Source: Phoronis australis (taxonomy: Eukaryota; Animalia; Phoronida). Taken from it: a stretch of 64,000 bases of DNA. Each line of letters begins with the position of its first letter. The first letter of the stretch is position 1. Below, piece by piece: positions 11,005 to 22,998 of the stretch. The DNA is taken from contig NMRA01000374.1 of NCBI GenBank assembly GCA_002633005.1, positions 1-64,000 of the forward strand, read 5' to 3'. The notes under the pieces were generated by a model, which worked only from the letters and a program-made list of their open reading frames with translations, searched no databases and was not told the DNA's origin. A program made the translations under genes and the position numbers.

Positions 11005-13526
11005 AATACTACTGAGATATCCTATCTCTAACTTCTGTCAATCAATTCTCGATAAGATATGGCAGTAACGTTCCTTTGTAAGTGGGGTAATCATCTTCAG
11101 CAATTACAGCTTGAAAAAACTGACGGTGTAAGTGTAAACAAAGCGACCAGACAACGACGGGACGTTTGTGCATGTAAAAACATGCCAATATATGGACAGA
11201 CGAAGACATCAACGGAGAGAAGCACTCATAGGTCGTATAACATCCAGGAAAATAGAAAGTTTCCAATGTAATATCAGGTCATACAGACCTCGGGTGAGGA
11301 ATTTTGCCCCATGATCTCATGTCGCCTTTCGGCATTAATTGGTCTATATTTGCACAATTAATTAACAATTTCGTGGCATAAAAATCATGAATTGATATAT
11401 ATTGTACAAACGTTGGGAGATCATATAGCTGCACGCTTCGTGATATCGTGTCCTATTTGTAAGATTATTTTTTATTTTTATTTTCATTAGACCTGTGATT
11501 GGATTTCAGGGTTCTCTTTCACAAAAAGTGACATTAAAAGAACTGAGGTATACAATGTACGTTGCATGAAAAGTGACTAAAGACTGAACTCTGAAATTTG
11601 TTCTCCACACATCTCACCTGAGAAAATTGTTCAAAATGTCGCTACAGTTTATGCTACATGACGTCATATCCGACTTTTGGCTAACCCAATTTGGTCAGCA
11701 ACGTGTTGAAAAACAGTGGAAACTTATCTTTTCTCATCACTGGTCCTTCTTTGTTTTGTTACTTGGACCACAAATGGGCTGTTGTACAAGAGCCACTTGA
11801 CACCCGGCTTCGTAATCTGCACGATGTGGGCCACTGTGAACTGAATATTGTACCAGAACTGAATTTTATTGCACTACTGTGAACGAATAACAGGATGAGC
11901 AAAGTGGCACTCTACTGCATACTGTTAAAATAAAACATATGTTTGTGTTTTCAACTCTGAGAATATACTCATTAAGATCGCTAGTTCCTGGGATAATTTC
12001 TATAACTTACTTCTAGACTGTTATACGCGCTCATAATTACTTTACCCAACCCTTCTAACCAATTGGGAAATGGAAGCTTATGACTGTCTTAAGTCTTCAG
12101 TCACTTTCATGAAACATCTTCTAGACTTCGTATTTATACTGATCATCAGTGAGTTAATTTGGAGCCCCTTTGTTCCGCCGAAACCAATGTGATAACACCG
12201 GATGTGCATTGATACAGGCCGAAATGCTGTTCCTCTCGTATGACTCCTAAAAATTAAACCTAAACGCAACCTGTTGGGTCGTTTTTCTACGTGCCTATTT
12301 TAGTTTAACTTTTCTCCTCAACCGATGTCGGATATCTACCTACGAATGAGCCTAATGCTCACTTTTTATCGTTTGCATTTTTCGAAACGTTTTGTCCTCT
12401 GTTCGTTGGAGCAGGCCATGGATTTCTGTTTTAGAAAGCCTTTCTGACTTTCAGCTGATTTTAGTGAAACAGGCTAAATCATTTTGTAGACTTATTTTAT
12501 CCGAAAGTTAAAATAAAAAGTCAATAGACTCTTCGAGAAATAGGCCTTTGGTCTCGGCTGGATTGTGCCCACTACGCGCTGTCACCAACTTTTTCATGTA
12601 ACCTGAAATAGTGCGAATTATAACTGAAATCAATCTCGATATCCCGAAACATTTTATTATCATGACTTGTCAAGTGTTGACTTTTCTCTGAAATGGAAAA
12701 GGTTCTTTGCGACGAGCACTAGATCTGACTTTTGTCCTGCAACTCAACACTGTTTGAATTGTGACGTTATTTACATGAAAGCAACGGTCGTTTTCCACAT
12801 CTTGTGTAGGTATGGCCGGCGTATGCAGATGGAAAACCAAATTCACAATGCGGGCAATTATGTGCCATATGAACATGTATCAGTTTCAAGTAAACTTGTG
12901 AACAGAGGATCCGACGAATTTATTATTCAATGTATATACCGGCTTATGTTCATCGTCACTGCTCACACGGTTACTCATGTTGGAATGCTTTACAATATCG
13001 CACGGTAGATTTGTCGATGTGAAATCCTCTGAATGCAAATGTAGTTTGAATGTGAACAACAAGCGACGTTTTGTTTTTGTCGCCTTTGTGTAGTAAGACA
13101 GAAACACGAGATGTATTCAACCGGAGAAGCTTTGTTGTCATTTTATGTAGGCTCATTTTGCGCATTGTTCGGGAGTAAAAATAACTACCAGGCCCTTTGT
13201 ATAGCTACAGCCATTAAAAGGGGACTGTAGTAAAAATAAGGCACCAGTTAACCAGTTCTAACATACAAATAAATCTCATATTTGCTTTAGTTGCGCACTA
13301 AACAAAACATTTCTTTTCAAAAGACTGAATTCGTGACTGCGATCGGTGATTGGCTGGTTGTATCAGTGGCGTGTCTGATGGGACCTCTACTGTTTATCAA
13401 GTATTGGTGGGCCATATTGTGAAGAGCTTACATCGTTCTTATTTTTTACTGTTTGGCACAGTGCTGTAAAAACTTCGCCGTGCCTTTTTGTATGGCTCTT
13501 GGTCATTGCAATACCATCGGTTGCCC

Positions 13527-13690
13527 TAGCCTTGGCCCAAAGCGCTGTATACTAAATATACAGGTTTGCGCCAATGTGGGCAAAAATGGACAAATAAAAT
13601 CTGACTCTCTTCTTTGAGTAAACTAACTTATTTACCGGCGTTGGAAATGTTAGCGTTCTGTCGTTAAGCAACTAATGTTAAAATTGTTAT
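13527..13690 (-). repeat. Fragment of the 8314-9130 repeat family
   Basis: tagccttggcccaaagcgctgtata...aatctgac...ccggcgttggaaatg matches the reverse complement of 8690-8870. Confidence 0.7.
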
Positions 13691-15319
13691 TATGCGCTCT
13701 TTTGAGTCGGTTTTGTCGATTCCGTCATCTGGCCTTTACCAGTTCCTTTTCCCACCGATTCTTTTATCAGCTGTTCCTCTGCAAAATAAATTATCGGAAC
13801 TTGTTTCATTTCGTTACAAGTTTTTAGTATTTTATACCAGCAAACCGAATTAGACCAAACCTTGCAAAAGGTACCCGCTCATCCAAAACCTTTACGACAA
13901 ACATCAATCACGTGTCATTTTATCGCTCAAATAAGACTGTCTGCCAGAGAATCTCAACCAAGCACCTTGACCTACATTCTGCTGCTGCTGACTGTAGCCA
14001 CAGGTCACGAGAGTTCATGAAGCAGAAAGTGTATGTCCTGATGAGTGGCGAATTTTTGTGGAAAAGAAATCTTTGTGTCCGACATTCCATGTTTAAAACC
14101 TCTTTTATAATAACTATTTATAACATATAATTAGGATGAAAGTGTTCAAATAATCTACGCTGTTGTGGTTGCTCGGCCTAAACGCTGGGGTAAAATATAT
14201 ATTCAATGAATGTGACCATGGTGAGGCGACATATAAGTTGGTCAAATAAAACGAATTTTGCTCTTCAATCGTCTAGTTTTTGAGCGAACGTATTGGTCAG
14301 TACTTGAACGTTCACCCGATAAACTCCATATAATGCTAAATTTCACCATGCCAAAATTAATCCTTTCTGTCAAAAATGCCATAAAGAGCTTTGATAATTC
14401 GCTTTTAGCTGTTACATAATTCCCCCAGTTGACGTACATTAAACATTCTGTCAGGTATTTTCCTGTCAGAAGTTTGTGCCAAACTAAACCCAAGTGTGTG
14501 AGGTGAAATTTATCTTACAATTTGCAGCCTACAATTTTGCAATCCTTTGGGAAGCATGAGCCTGGTTGCCACCAAACCAGCTTTTAAGGTGGCTACTAAA
14601 CCGGGTCCGCCACCGACTGATCCCCCCGGCGAGATTTTGGCAACTCAACAACCATAATTTTAATTAGGTTGAAATATAACCACTATATTTTTTAAATTAT
14701 GCTTGAATTATACATGGTGATATACATGTTAGGTTTTATTCTCTTTCGATGTTTTCTTTTTCATTCAGTGTCTGGTTAGCCAACAACAGTCCAGCAGACC
14801 GGACTGGCCGCCGTACGGTGGCACGGCAGCTGATGGTTCACCAAGTAGAAACGTCTGTAATATTTTATGTTCTATCAACACTAAGGCAAAAGAGAGTGGT
14901 TTCAACTTATATAGTATCTATTTAACGAACTGAACTATGCACAATAAACACGTTATACACAGTATAAACAAAGAGTGAAGCACTGAGCTCATCATGTTGC
15001 AACGGCGATGTGACGTCAGCAGCTGTAGAATGTAGGTCAAGGTGCGGGGTCAAGATTCAGTTCACACAAGAATGTCACATGACTGTGAGCAGCGCTACCT
15101 GTTAGTAAAGTATCATTGCATCCAGCGCCATCTGTTTGTCGTAAAGGTTTTGGATCAGTGGGTACCTTTTGCCCAAACCTTGCTGCTGCGAAGCTGTCAT
15201 CATCTCCCGAAAGACGTCGCAAAATTTTTGGAAATGGCGCGTGCACCGTGTCACAGCGTGCTGTTTTGAAAACGGGTGACACTTCTTTGTTACAAAAGGC
15301 GGGGAATCATGCTAGAAAA

Positions 15320-15445
15320 CGACGTTTGTTTTATTGTTTAAACGGCTGCAACGAACAAGGTGAGTGTCGGTTGACAACCAGATTTTGCATGCACCCCGCC
15401 GGTGCGTTAGCTCTACATGAAAGTTTCACGACGAGGTGACGAGCC
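15320..15445 (-). repeat. Fragment of the 8314-9130 repeat family (internal part)
   Basis: aacggctgcaacgaacaaggtgagtgtcggttgacaaccagattttgcatgcac matches the reverse complement of 8430-8550. Confidence 0.7.
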
Positions 15446-15589
15446 CCAAAATTTCACACAGACCGTTGACTACCCGGGAGTAATATCGTTGGCTAATAAA
15501 AATAGCCTTCTCCAAGTGATCAAAAGAGGACTACTTTCCATCGCTGGAATTCCAAAGTTTCAATCTGACCAACCACGGTCGATTTTTGC

Positions 15590-16440
15590 ACACAAAAACT
15601 AGCTAAACAAGCACCTATTTTGGGAGATATTTGAGGAATTTTAAGGGAAATAGCGATTTTTGGTTTCCCGCCACATGGTGTCATCAGTGTTAGACGTTGA
15701 TCAGTTGACCGTATGCAATGGCGGGTACTGGTGATTTTGTAAGTTATGAAGACTTACAGCCGAGCGAGCTTGACCAGCATTATGAAGACATGGATGGGGG
15801 TGAAGACGACAGGCCATATGTATCGACAGACTTTGCTTTGTTTAAGGCCGCACAAACTCGACCCTCCCTCACCGGCGCACAATTTGATGTTGAGGCTTAT
15901 ACTCAATATGTGCTTGACAACTACGTCCCCAGCAATGATACTTAACAATACACCTTTTCTCCATCAAATGCACTAACACGTTGGAGAAACCTTCGTCAAA
16001 TATCCGTTTCTTTGACTGATCGAAGCACGATTCTCCACAATGGCCTGAACACAGCCTCCCCTCTGAAGTTTTGCTTGCTCGCACTGTCCGACACACGTAT
16101 CTGTGCCATTTCTGGGCGATATTACGGTCTTTTGGATATCCAAAAACTGAAATATTGCGTATGATCATAGATTATATACAACAGATTCGCATCTCCGACT
16201 TTTACTAACGTGCTACCCAAGAGGCGCCGCCACTCTCCTAAATTATCTGGGGCAGTTTCCGGTTAGTGTATATTGACGGGAAATTCTCGCATCTACTTTA
16301 CTGTCCACCACAATGAAAAAATAACAATTTCGGCATTGAAACGCTGTTCAAAGTCTTCCAATAGTAGAAGTGTTAGTATTGTGAGTACTTTTGACAATGC
16401 TACTGGTAATTAATAACAAAATTCAAACTTCGGTGCCGAC
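15590..16440. mobile_element. Non-autonomous DNA element with a + strand acidic ORF start and a convergent - strand THAP-domain relic (copy A)
   Basis: Plus-strand ORF 15718-15945 (MAGTGDFVSYEDL...). Minus strand 15869-16168 reads SVFGYPKDRNIAQKWHRYVCRT..RLCSGHCGESCF (THAP FP..W..CS.HF pattern). Colinear nucleotide similarity to 55853-57230. Ends are approximate. Confidence 0.7.
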
Positions 16441-19150
16441 TAATTATGTCGTCTGTTTGCACAATATTAGCATCATAATTATCGGACAGTTTGTCATTTT
16501 CACGAAAGACGTCGCTCTGGTCGGTTTGTGATACATGTACATGGTTCCCTTAGGCCTTTTGAGAAAACTACGAAAGCATGTTTGAGCACAAATTCCAAGG
16601 AGTACCTGTGAATGCAAAAGATACTTATACAACGTTTTTGGTTTAGAAAAATATTAATTTTGTTCGAATTAAAAAATGCGCCTCTGCAACAATTTGACTA
16701 GTTTAACCTTTGCATGTTTATAATTCAACATTCTCAAGTGAGCAGTTCTTCTGGAAAGTGTTGAGTGGTCCTTAAAAGGGCCGTTGATTGTACTGTGCAT
16801 GAGCCTTAGGTATAGCGTGAAATGGTTCTTAAAAGAACCGTTGAATAATTCAACATAAATCACAAAGTATACCGTGCTCACTCAAGTACTGAAGGTCCTC
16901 TTCATTTAAGTTTTCATCAGGGAAAGTTGGATGAAAACAGACTGAGATGACAATATCGATGACAGTTGTAACACCTTATGTTACCTTTCTGCAACGTTAT
17001 CACGGACCCTGCCTCTTTCAGTTCTTGTTCCAGGATTCAGAAGTAACCCTGAACCGTAGGGAAAAACACATACAACAAAAACGTATCAAATTTCGAAAAT
17101 CATCGCCTTCGTACGTTTACGTGTTGCTGTCGCCAGACCGATGTTCCTCCCCAACATCAATGTCGAAAATCGACGTTACGAGTGATGGAAACTTGTGTCC
17201 TTTGCTTCTAACGTTTAACCCATTTTTTAAGAAAGGGGTGTACTGATTTTGTCTAATGTTGATAGAGCATAACTTTTGTTTTTTACAATGCATTAATTGC
17301 GTCGAATGCATTCATATTAAGTGGCTTCATTGACTTGAACAGAAAATAAATTTAATGTAACACAATAAAGTTTTGAAAATAAATAGAGCACTAACAGGAA
17401 TCCCTATGAATCGAGCTGCTTTCGAAAACTTTGCGCCTTTTGGTGATCTGATTTGTTCATGCATTTACGGCGGGAAAATAATAGACCGAGTATCGTGCAC
17501 GCTTGCACTGTAGCAACACTTTGTATCTTATTCTTATTTGGCCAATCTGTTGATACAGTAAATTTCCTTATTTACTTATTTATGCCCATCCTGATTTGAC
17601 CGCAACTTGAGCTTGTTGGGTTCTATCATATATTGGTTTGGCATTGGGACCCACATGGTGCTTACTCGAATGGGCTTCATTTTACCAACTATTTAAAATT
17701 GTGAAGGTGAGATTAATAAACAAAGTGGGTGATTATCATCACCGGAATTTCATCATTTAGTATCTTTTGCCGGGTGCTCAAATTTTCTGAGGCTAGGGAT
17801 TGTCCGAATTGTAGGGTAGGAGTGTTTCGCTGGATTTTCAGGTCTGTGGGGTTATTTATACCGGACCAAATTATAAAAACGAGACCTTTGTTTAAATCAG
17901 GAGCTGCATGATATACGGTTTACCAGACGTGCGCAGGCAGCGCATGCGGGCCCATTGCACCATAGACTATATAGTACATGGACCGCCAACTCCGTATACT
18001 TTCAGTGGACGAAATCTGTGAGCTTACGCACAAGCCCTTACGTCATTATTCACTGGCGACACCTGGCAAAATGTTCTGGTGCAATTTCCGGCAAGTACGT
18101 CGTCTGCTAATCATGGTCGCATTTCGCGTGTGTGGCCGGTTGTTTTGGGCTATAATAAGCGTACCCTTAGTATCTTTTATGCACGGGACCCTTTTGTTAC
18201 ATTAGGGGGGATTGGTTCGTTATGTACCCTACATGTGGCATAGGACTTTACAAAACTGGTTGAAGAATTTTGTTTTCGTCATTTAAACGTTCGTTTGAAA
18301 GGCTTAAGTTTGGAAATGTTAGGACTTAAGGTGGAAATTCAAAAACCATTTGTCCGCTTACAAAAATTTAACATTGAATAATAAAAACAACCTTCACACC
18401 CCTCTGGTGTTCCTGTTCCATGTTTTCAAAGAAGTTGGTTACATTATAGACTGCAGTCGAGAGATTTTGTGCGGCATATATTCGACATGGAATGAGTGTG
18501 TAACCTGCTTTTGAATTGCGAAATAGATTTTGACTGGTCCAGGTGGTTATTTCTGAAGTATTAAAGTAATCTTTATTTATGCTAAAGATTTTACCATCGT
18601 TCTATTTATTTGTACACGAATTTGAATTTGTTGAAATCGCTGATCCAAATTCTGGCCAAATGTGTGCATTCTGCTGAGATCAACCGTCTGATCAGGGCCA
18701 GCGAAGAGTAATTTGGTCAATTCGCTCACTAGACTGTGGCTGAAGCTTCTCGTAAGGACAGGAGTTCATGAGTCACTACCTTTGGAAGAAATTTAGCGGA
18801 CAATTTTCGTCAAAAAGTTTACCAGATAGTTTTCATCAAAAGGGAGAAAACAAAATAGATTTGTGAAGACGGGATTAAGTTGTCGGCCTACCACAGCCTC
18901 TTAAAAAACATTCATCTTCAAAGTGCTTTGAACAAATGTATAAAGTCTTATTGCTGAAACAACTGCCATTCACGTTGACACAAGAAATAAGCTTTTCTTC
19001 CCACAGGCGATTATGGGGTCTTCGGATAGTATGGAAGCTAGCACCTTTGCAATTCGCCTGCGTGGCCGAACAACCGGCCGCACAGCAGCCGACCATGATT
19101 AGCAGACGACGTTCTTGCCGGAAATTACACCAGATAATTTAGCGAGCCTC

Positions 19151-19295
19151 CCGTTCAGTAACGCTAGGACCTCGCTAAAAAGTAAGACTTCACGAGATTA
19201 CGTGAGATATTGCCGTGTATTTTAAGTGAGAACACGTGACTTTAGTTAGATTTTAGCTAGGTCCTAGCGTCGGTCCTAGCATTACTGAACGCACA
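19151..19295. mobile_element. Small MITE with TIR CGTTCAGTAACGCTAGGACC (Harbinger/PIF-like by inference)
   Basis: Inverted termini cgttcagtaacgctaggacc ... ggtcctagcattactgaacg. Other copies at 36428-36520 and 50728-50855. Confidence 0.75.
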
Positions 19296-19324
19296 CCAGG
19301 TGTCGCCGGTGAATAATGACTTAA

Positions 19325-20637
19325 AGGCGAAGGCAACCTTTTTCCATGTCATTTTTAGCAAAAATAGGGTTTGTTGATTATCCCAGACATATTTTTCACT
19401 TATTTACAGCTTTTCGTAATTTAAGTAATTACTCGTCGTCTACTCCGGAAGTGACGTTTTGGGAGGCAAGAATTTCGCGCCAATTTCTTTTCATACAGTC
19501 TGACTGTGAGAGCAGTCGAGTCAGTCATTGTTCTACCTCGGTTGGGATAATTTCGGTCGTCGTTTGCTTTTGTTTACGAGTCAGTCAACATGCCACGCTG
19601 TTGCTGCCTACCGAGAAGTACTCATTATCGTCTCACGTACACAGGAAGAACTGTCCCACTTGCCCGAGTGTCCCGCGACACACTCCCAGTGGATGGTGAC
19701 TTGAGCACCCAAACTGCTTACATCCCGCCGTGCGACCCCCTCGTAAGACACATGGCACCTTCTAAATAGCTCCAAAACAAGTCCACAATAAACTTATCAA
19801 ACTTAGGCTCACCGATCTGTTCATTGGATGACGAACTGTCCTTTTCACTGGGTGTCAAACTGAGCCTGTATTCACTCCCACTACTCAAAATCTCTGCAGG
19901 GCTGCTTACAGGCTCTGGGCTAGAGACAACAGCACACGGGGAATCACTGCTAGTTCCTGGAATTGCACGCTATGGGGTACGTTCGGAGGCATGGGTGACA
20001 GTAGATGAAGTGCCTCCAGTCACTGCTTATAGTGGCCACAGCTCGCGAGGCTTCTCGCTTCAAAAACGCACTTATCGGGGGTGGCGACGGGGCACTGCTG
20101 GGAATCAACAGCGACGGTATGGAACCCTTCTTCAGGCGTTGTTTCGCAGGGATCTTCATCAATTCAGCGTACATATCTCTCTTGTAATCTGACTGCTGAA
20201 AATGCTTGCCACTTCTTTGTACGTTGCGTGAACGAGTAGCGCTGCGTTCTTTACGCGAACGAGCTAGCCAAGTACGGCAAAGTGTGTCATCCTTTGGAAA
20301 GCGATGCAAGGTACCCAAAGCGCGCGTGAGACGATAATGAGTACATCCTGGTACACAGCAACAGTGCGGCATGTTGACTGACTCGTAAACAAAAGCAAAC
20401 GACTACCGAACTTATAATATCCGAGGTAGAACAGTGACTGACTTGACAGCTCTCACAGTCTGATTGTATGAGAAGAAATTGGCGCGAAATTCTTGCCTCG
20501 TAAAACGTCACTTCCGGAGTAGAGGGAGAGAAACTAATGAAATTACGAAAAGCTGTAATTAAGTGAAAAATATGCTTGAGATAATCAGCAGACCTAATTT
20601 TTGCTAAAAGTGACATGAAAAAAGGTTGCCTTCGCCT
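19325..20637 (-). mobile_element. Kolobok-like non-autonomous element with ~300-bp TIRs, carrying a THAP domain and the start of a transposase
   Basis: TTAA|AGGCGAAGGCAACC ... GGTTGCCTTCGCCT|ATAA. Long inverted arms 19325-~19637 and ~20325-20637. Minus-strand THAP MPHCCCVPGC..LHRFPKD..W..KHF..RLKKGSIPS, followed after frameshifts by KFIV..LELFRRC..GAQVTIHWECVAGHSGKWDSS. Confidence 0.8.
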
Positions 20638-21426
20638 ATAAAATATAATACCAAAATTGTTGGTAACCGAATTCAAGCATTTAGGACCACGGCCGGGCGT
20701 GAAGGGTTTAATCTTATTTTACGTTAAATTTACAATACATTTCAGAAACTGAACAAACAGAATTCACTGGATAGCATATGGTAATTAAAATTGGAAAATC
20801 TCCTCACAATGAACGGACATTTTGCCACTAGGCTTTCGATGTCACTCCTTCCTCAAGCTCGCTCCTTCACGGCAGCTTGTAAACAAACTTAAGCCGGTGA
20901 AACTGGTTATTGTAAACGGCATTATTTTGTGGTGTAAAAAATAACAGTAGTACTGTCCAATTAAACTCAATCAAAAACCGTTGTTTATGTGCCACAGAAA
21001 CGATAGATCAACAGGATTTGTCTCCAATCCGGGATCGAAGCGGAAATCAAGAACGCAACAAAGTAGGTCAAATTAGTCATTGCAATATTACGAATGATGG
21101 CGATAAGCTGAAATTCGGTGACAATAAACAAAAATCCGTAAAATACACAAAAACCAGGGAAACAGATGCTTAGAATACAATCTCAAAATTAATATTGTCT
21201 ACTCACCTGCCAATCCACGAAAATAAAAGCTAGTAGCTCTTCAGTGTTCTCATATCCCTAAGCGTACAGGCCAAAGGGGAAGAAATTTAGTCTCGTCGAG
21301 GAAATGGGGGTTAGATCTTAAGTATGTTCGGTCGATTGAAAATATTGACACGGCGCAGCAACCGAGGGTAATTACACAGCCATATAAAACACGTGTAGTT
21401 TAACATTATATTTAATTTTTGCAGCG

Positions 21427-21554
21427 AATAATTTCTTTATGCCGGAAATAATTACATTATGCCGTTTACTCTACTTCGCAAATTGTTACCTCACGCCGAA
21501 AATAATTACCTTACGCCCCAAATAATTACTTTACGCCGTTAATAATTACTGTAC
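21427..21554. repeat. Degenerate ~21-bp tandem array (aataattacnttacgccg)
   Basis: About six imperfect units. Resembles the subterminal repeats of DNA transposons. Confidence 0.65.
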
Positions 21555-22876
21555 ATCACTAACAAGAATAATTTTCGCACGTATTTTAGGTGCGTAACAT
21601 TCATTCATTTGACCAACGATACTATGGCACGTTTGTCGTTCTCACTGCCCGTTCCGCTTTTGTGAGAAATTCAGAGATTATCATTCCGGCTTATACCACT
21701 TGTTAGCTAAGGTGTACACTCGTGAACTAAAATGGCAATAATAACGAACGCTCGGCACATTTGATTGAGTAGTCACCGACGTTAAAGAAATCTTTAGATG
21801 TCAACTTAAAAGCCTCCAAAAACCACAACCAACACGGCTGAATCGCTAAATCTCGATCAAGCAGATTCGCACCCTGTTTCACCAAGAGGCACGATGGCAT
21901 TAAAGTACAAGTACAGTCGTAGACTAGCCTGATATTTATGGTGCAGCAAGTGTTACAACTATAGCCATGAAACAGTGCTACTTGAGAATATTGGGAACAT
22001 GTACTATGTTGCATACATACACAGTTCAGTGCTAAATCGGCTGAGGTGCACTAGTAATTCGGCTAAAGTGGGTTATGGTTTTTGAGTTCGGAATTATACG
22101 ACAACTTTCTCAATTGCTTCGTGAGCAAACAGCAGGAAGGATGAATGTCTCCATCTTTGGTATTTATGTTTTGGGCGACATTCCAACCATTTCAGTAAAA
22201 TAATTAGTAACTTATGCCAACATTGATTGTTTAGTAGGATTTATACCGTGGGTATAATAGGTAAATTGCATCAGTCTTAATGAAACCACAGACAAAGTTC
22301 TTTACATAACCACACACCTCTAAAAACAAAATTCACTAAAACTTCTTGAGCAAAACATCAGTGAAAACACATTTCGTCGCAAAGCATAAATAATTGAGAG
22401 ATGTCTCAACTTCTCAAGTCTTTTGATTACATCTTTGTATACCGTGTAGTAAAATATTTTAATTGACCAAAATAAGCAATTTAGGGGTACAATTTAAACT
22501 CCTACAATAATTGGGTAAATGTTGAGCAGTGTTCACTTTTTGACCTCTTGCACGTCTTGATTAACATTGAACAAGACAACCTTGTGCTCCACATTACTTA
22601 TATTTCCAAGGAGATCACTGAAACCGTTTTAAAAATGTTTATGCTGATTGCAAATGAATGTTTGCTGCAACGCAGAGAAGGGCTGCCGGATACCCGAGAG
22701 GAAATTTGTTGTTAGACGAGTGGGCCAGAGTTCAACGAGGTTCACCTTATTTGCTGAGTTGTCCTTTCTGCGGCCCTGTGGTGTGCCCTGATTGCGATGT
22801 GAGGTGAGTATCTCTGGTGTAACACGATGAAAAGCAATCATGCATGGAGATCTGACTTTGTGTTACCATTCTCTTC

Positions 22877-22998
22877 TGATTTTTTGACTCGAAAACTACT
22901 CAATCTATTTTTCTGAACTTTAAAACGATATGATTTATGATTTTTTACTCGAAAACTACTCAATCGATTTTCCGAATTTTAAAACGATGTCGATATTT
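22877..22998. repeat. Two-copy ~61-bp tandem duplication
   Basis: tgattttt.actcgaaaactactcaatc.atttt..gaa.tttaaaacgat occurs twice. Confidence 0.75.

Larger units (their letters stand above)
18388..20711 (-). mobile_element. THAP-bearing DNA element interrupted by two nested insertions
   Basis: Minus-strand ORF 18875-19096 MVGCCAAGCS..SFHTI..W..ICSKHFEDECF is a THAP zinc finger. The right end 20641-20711 matches 57402-57465. Possible left TIR ccttcacaccc at ~18391. Confidence 0.6.

Noticed and set aside
11042-13165. Short ORFs between the Crypton relic and 13.2 kb
   Set aside because: No motifs, mostly non-ATG starts, and lengths expected by chance.
18875-20372. THAP ORFs as host THAP transcription-factor genes
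   Set aside because: They are truncated or mutated and lie inside transposon-like termini. The copy at 19950 lacks the third zinc-binding Cys.
19346-20676. Similar ORFs 19346-19699 (+) and 20287-20676 (-) as a duplicated gene pair
   Set aside because: They are chance translations of the two arms of one inverted repeat.
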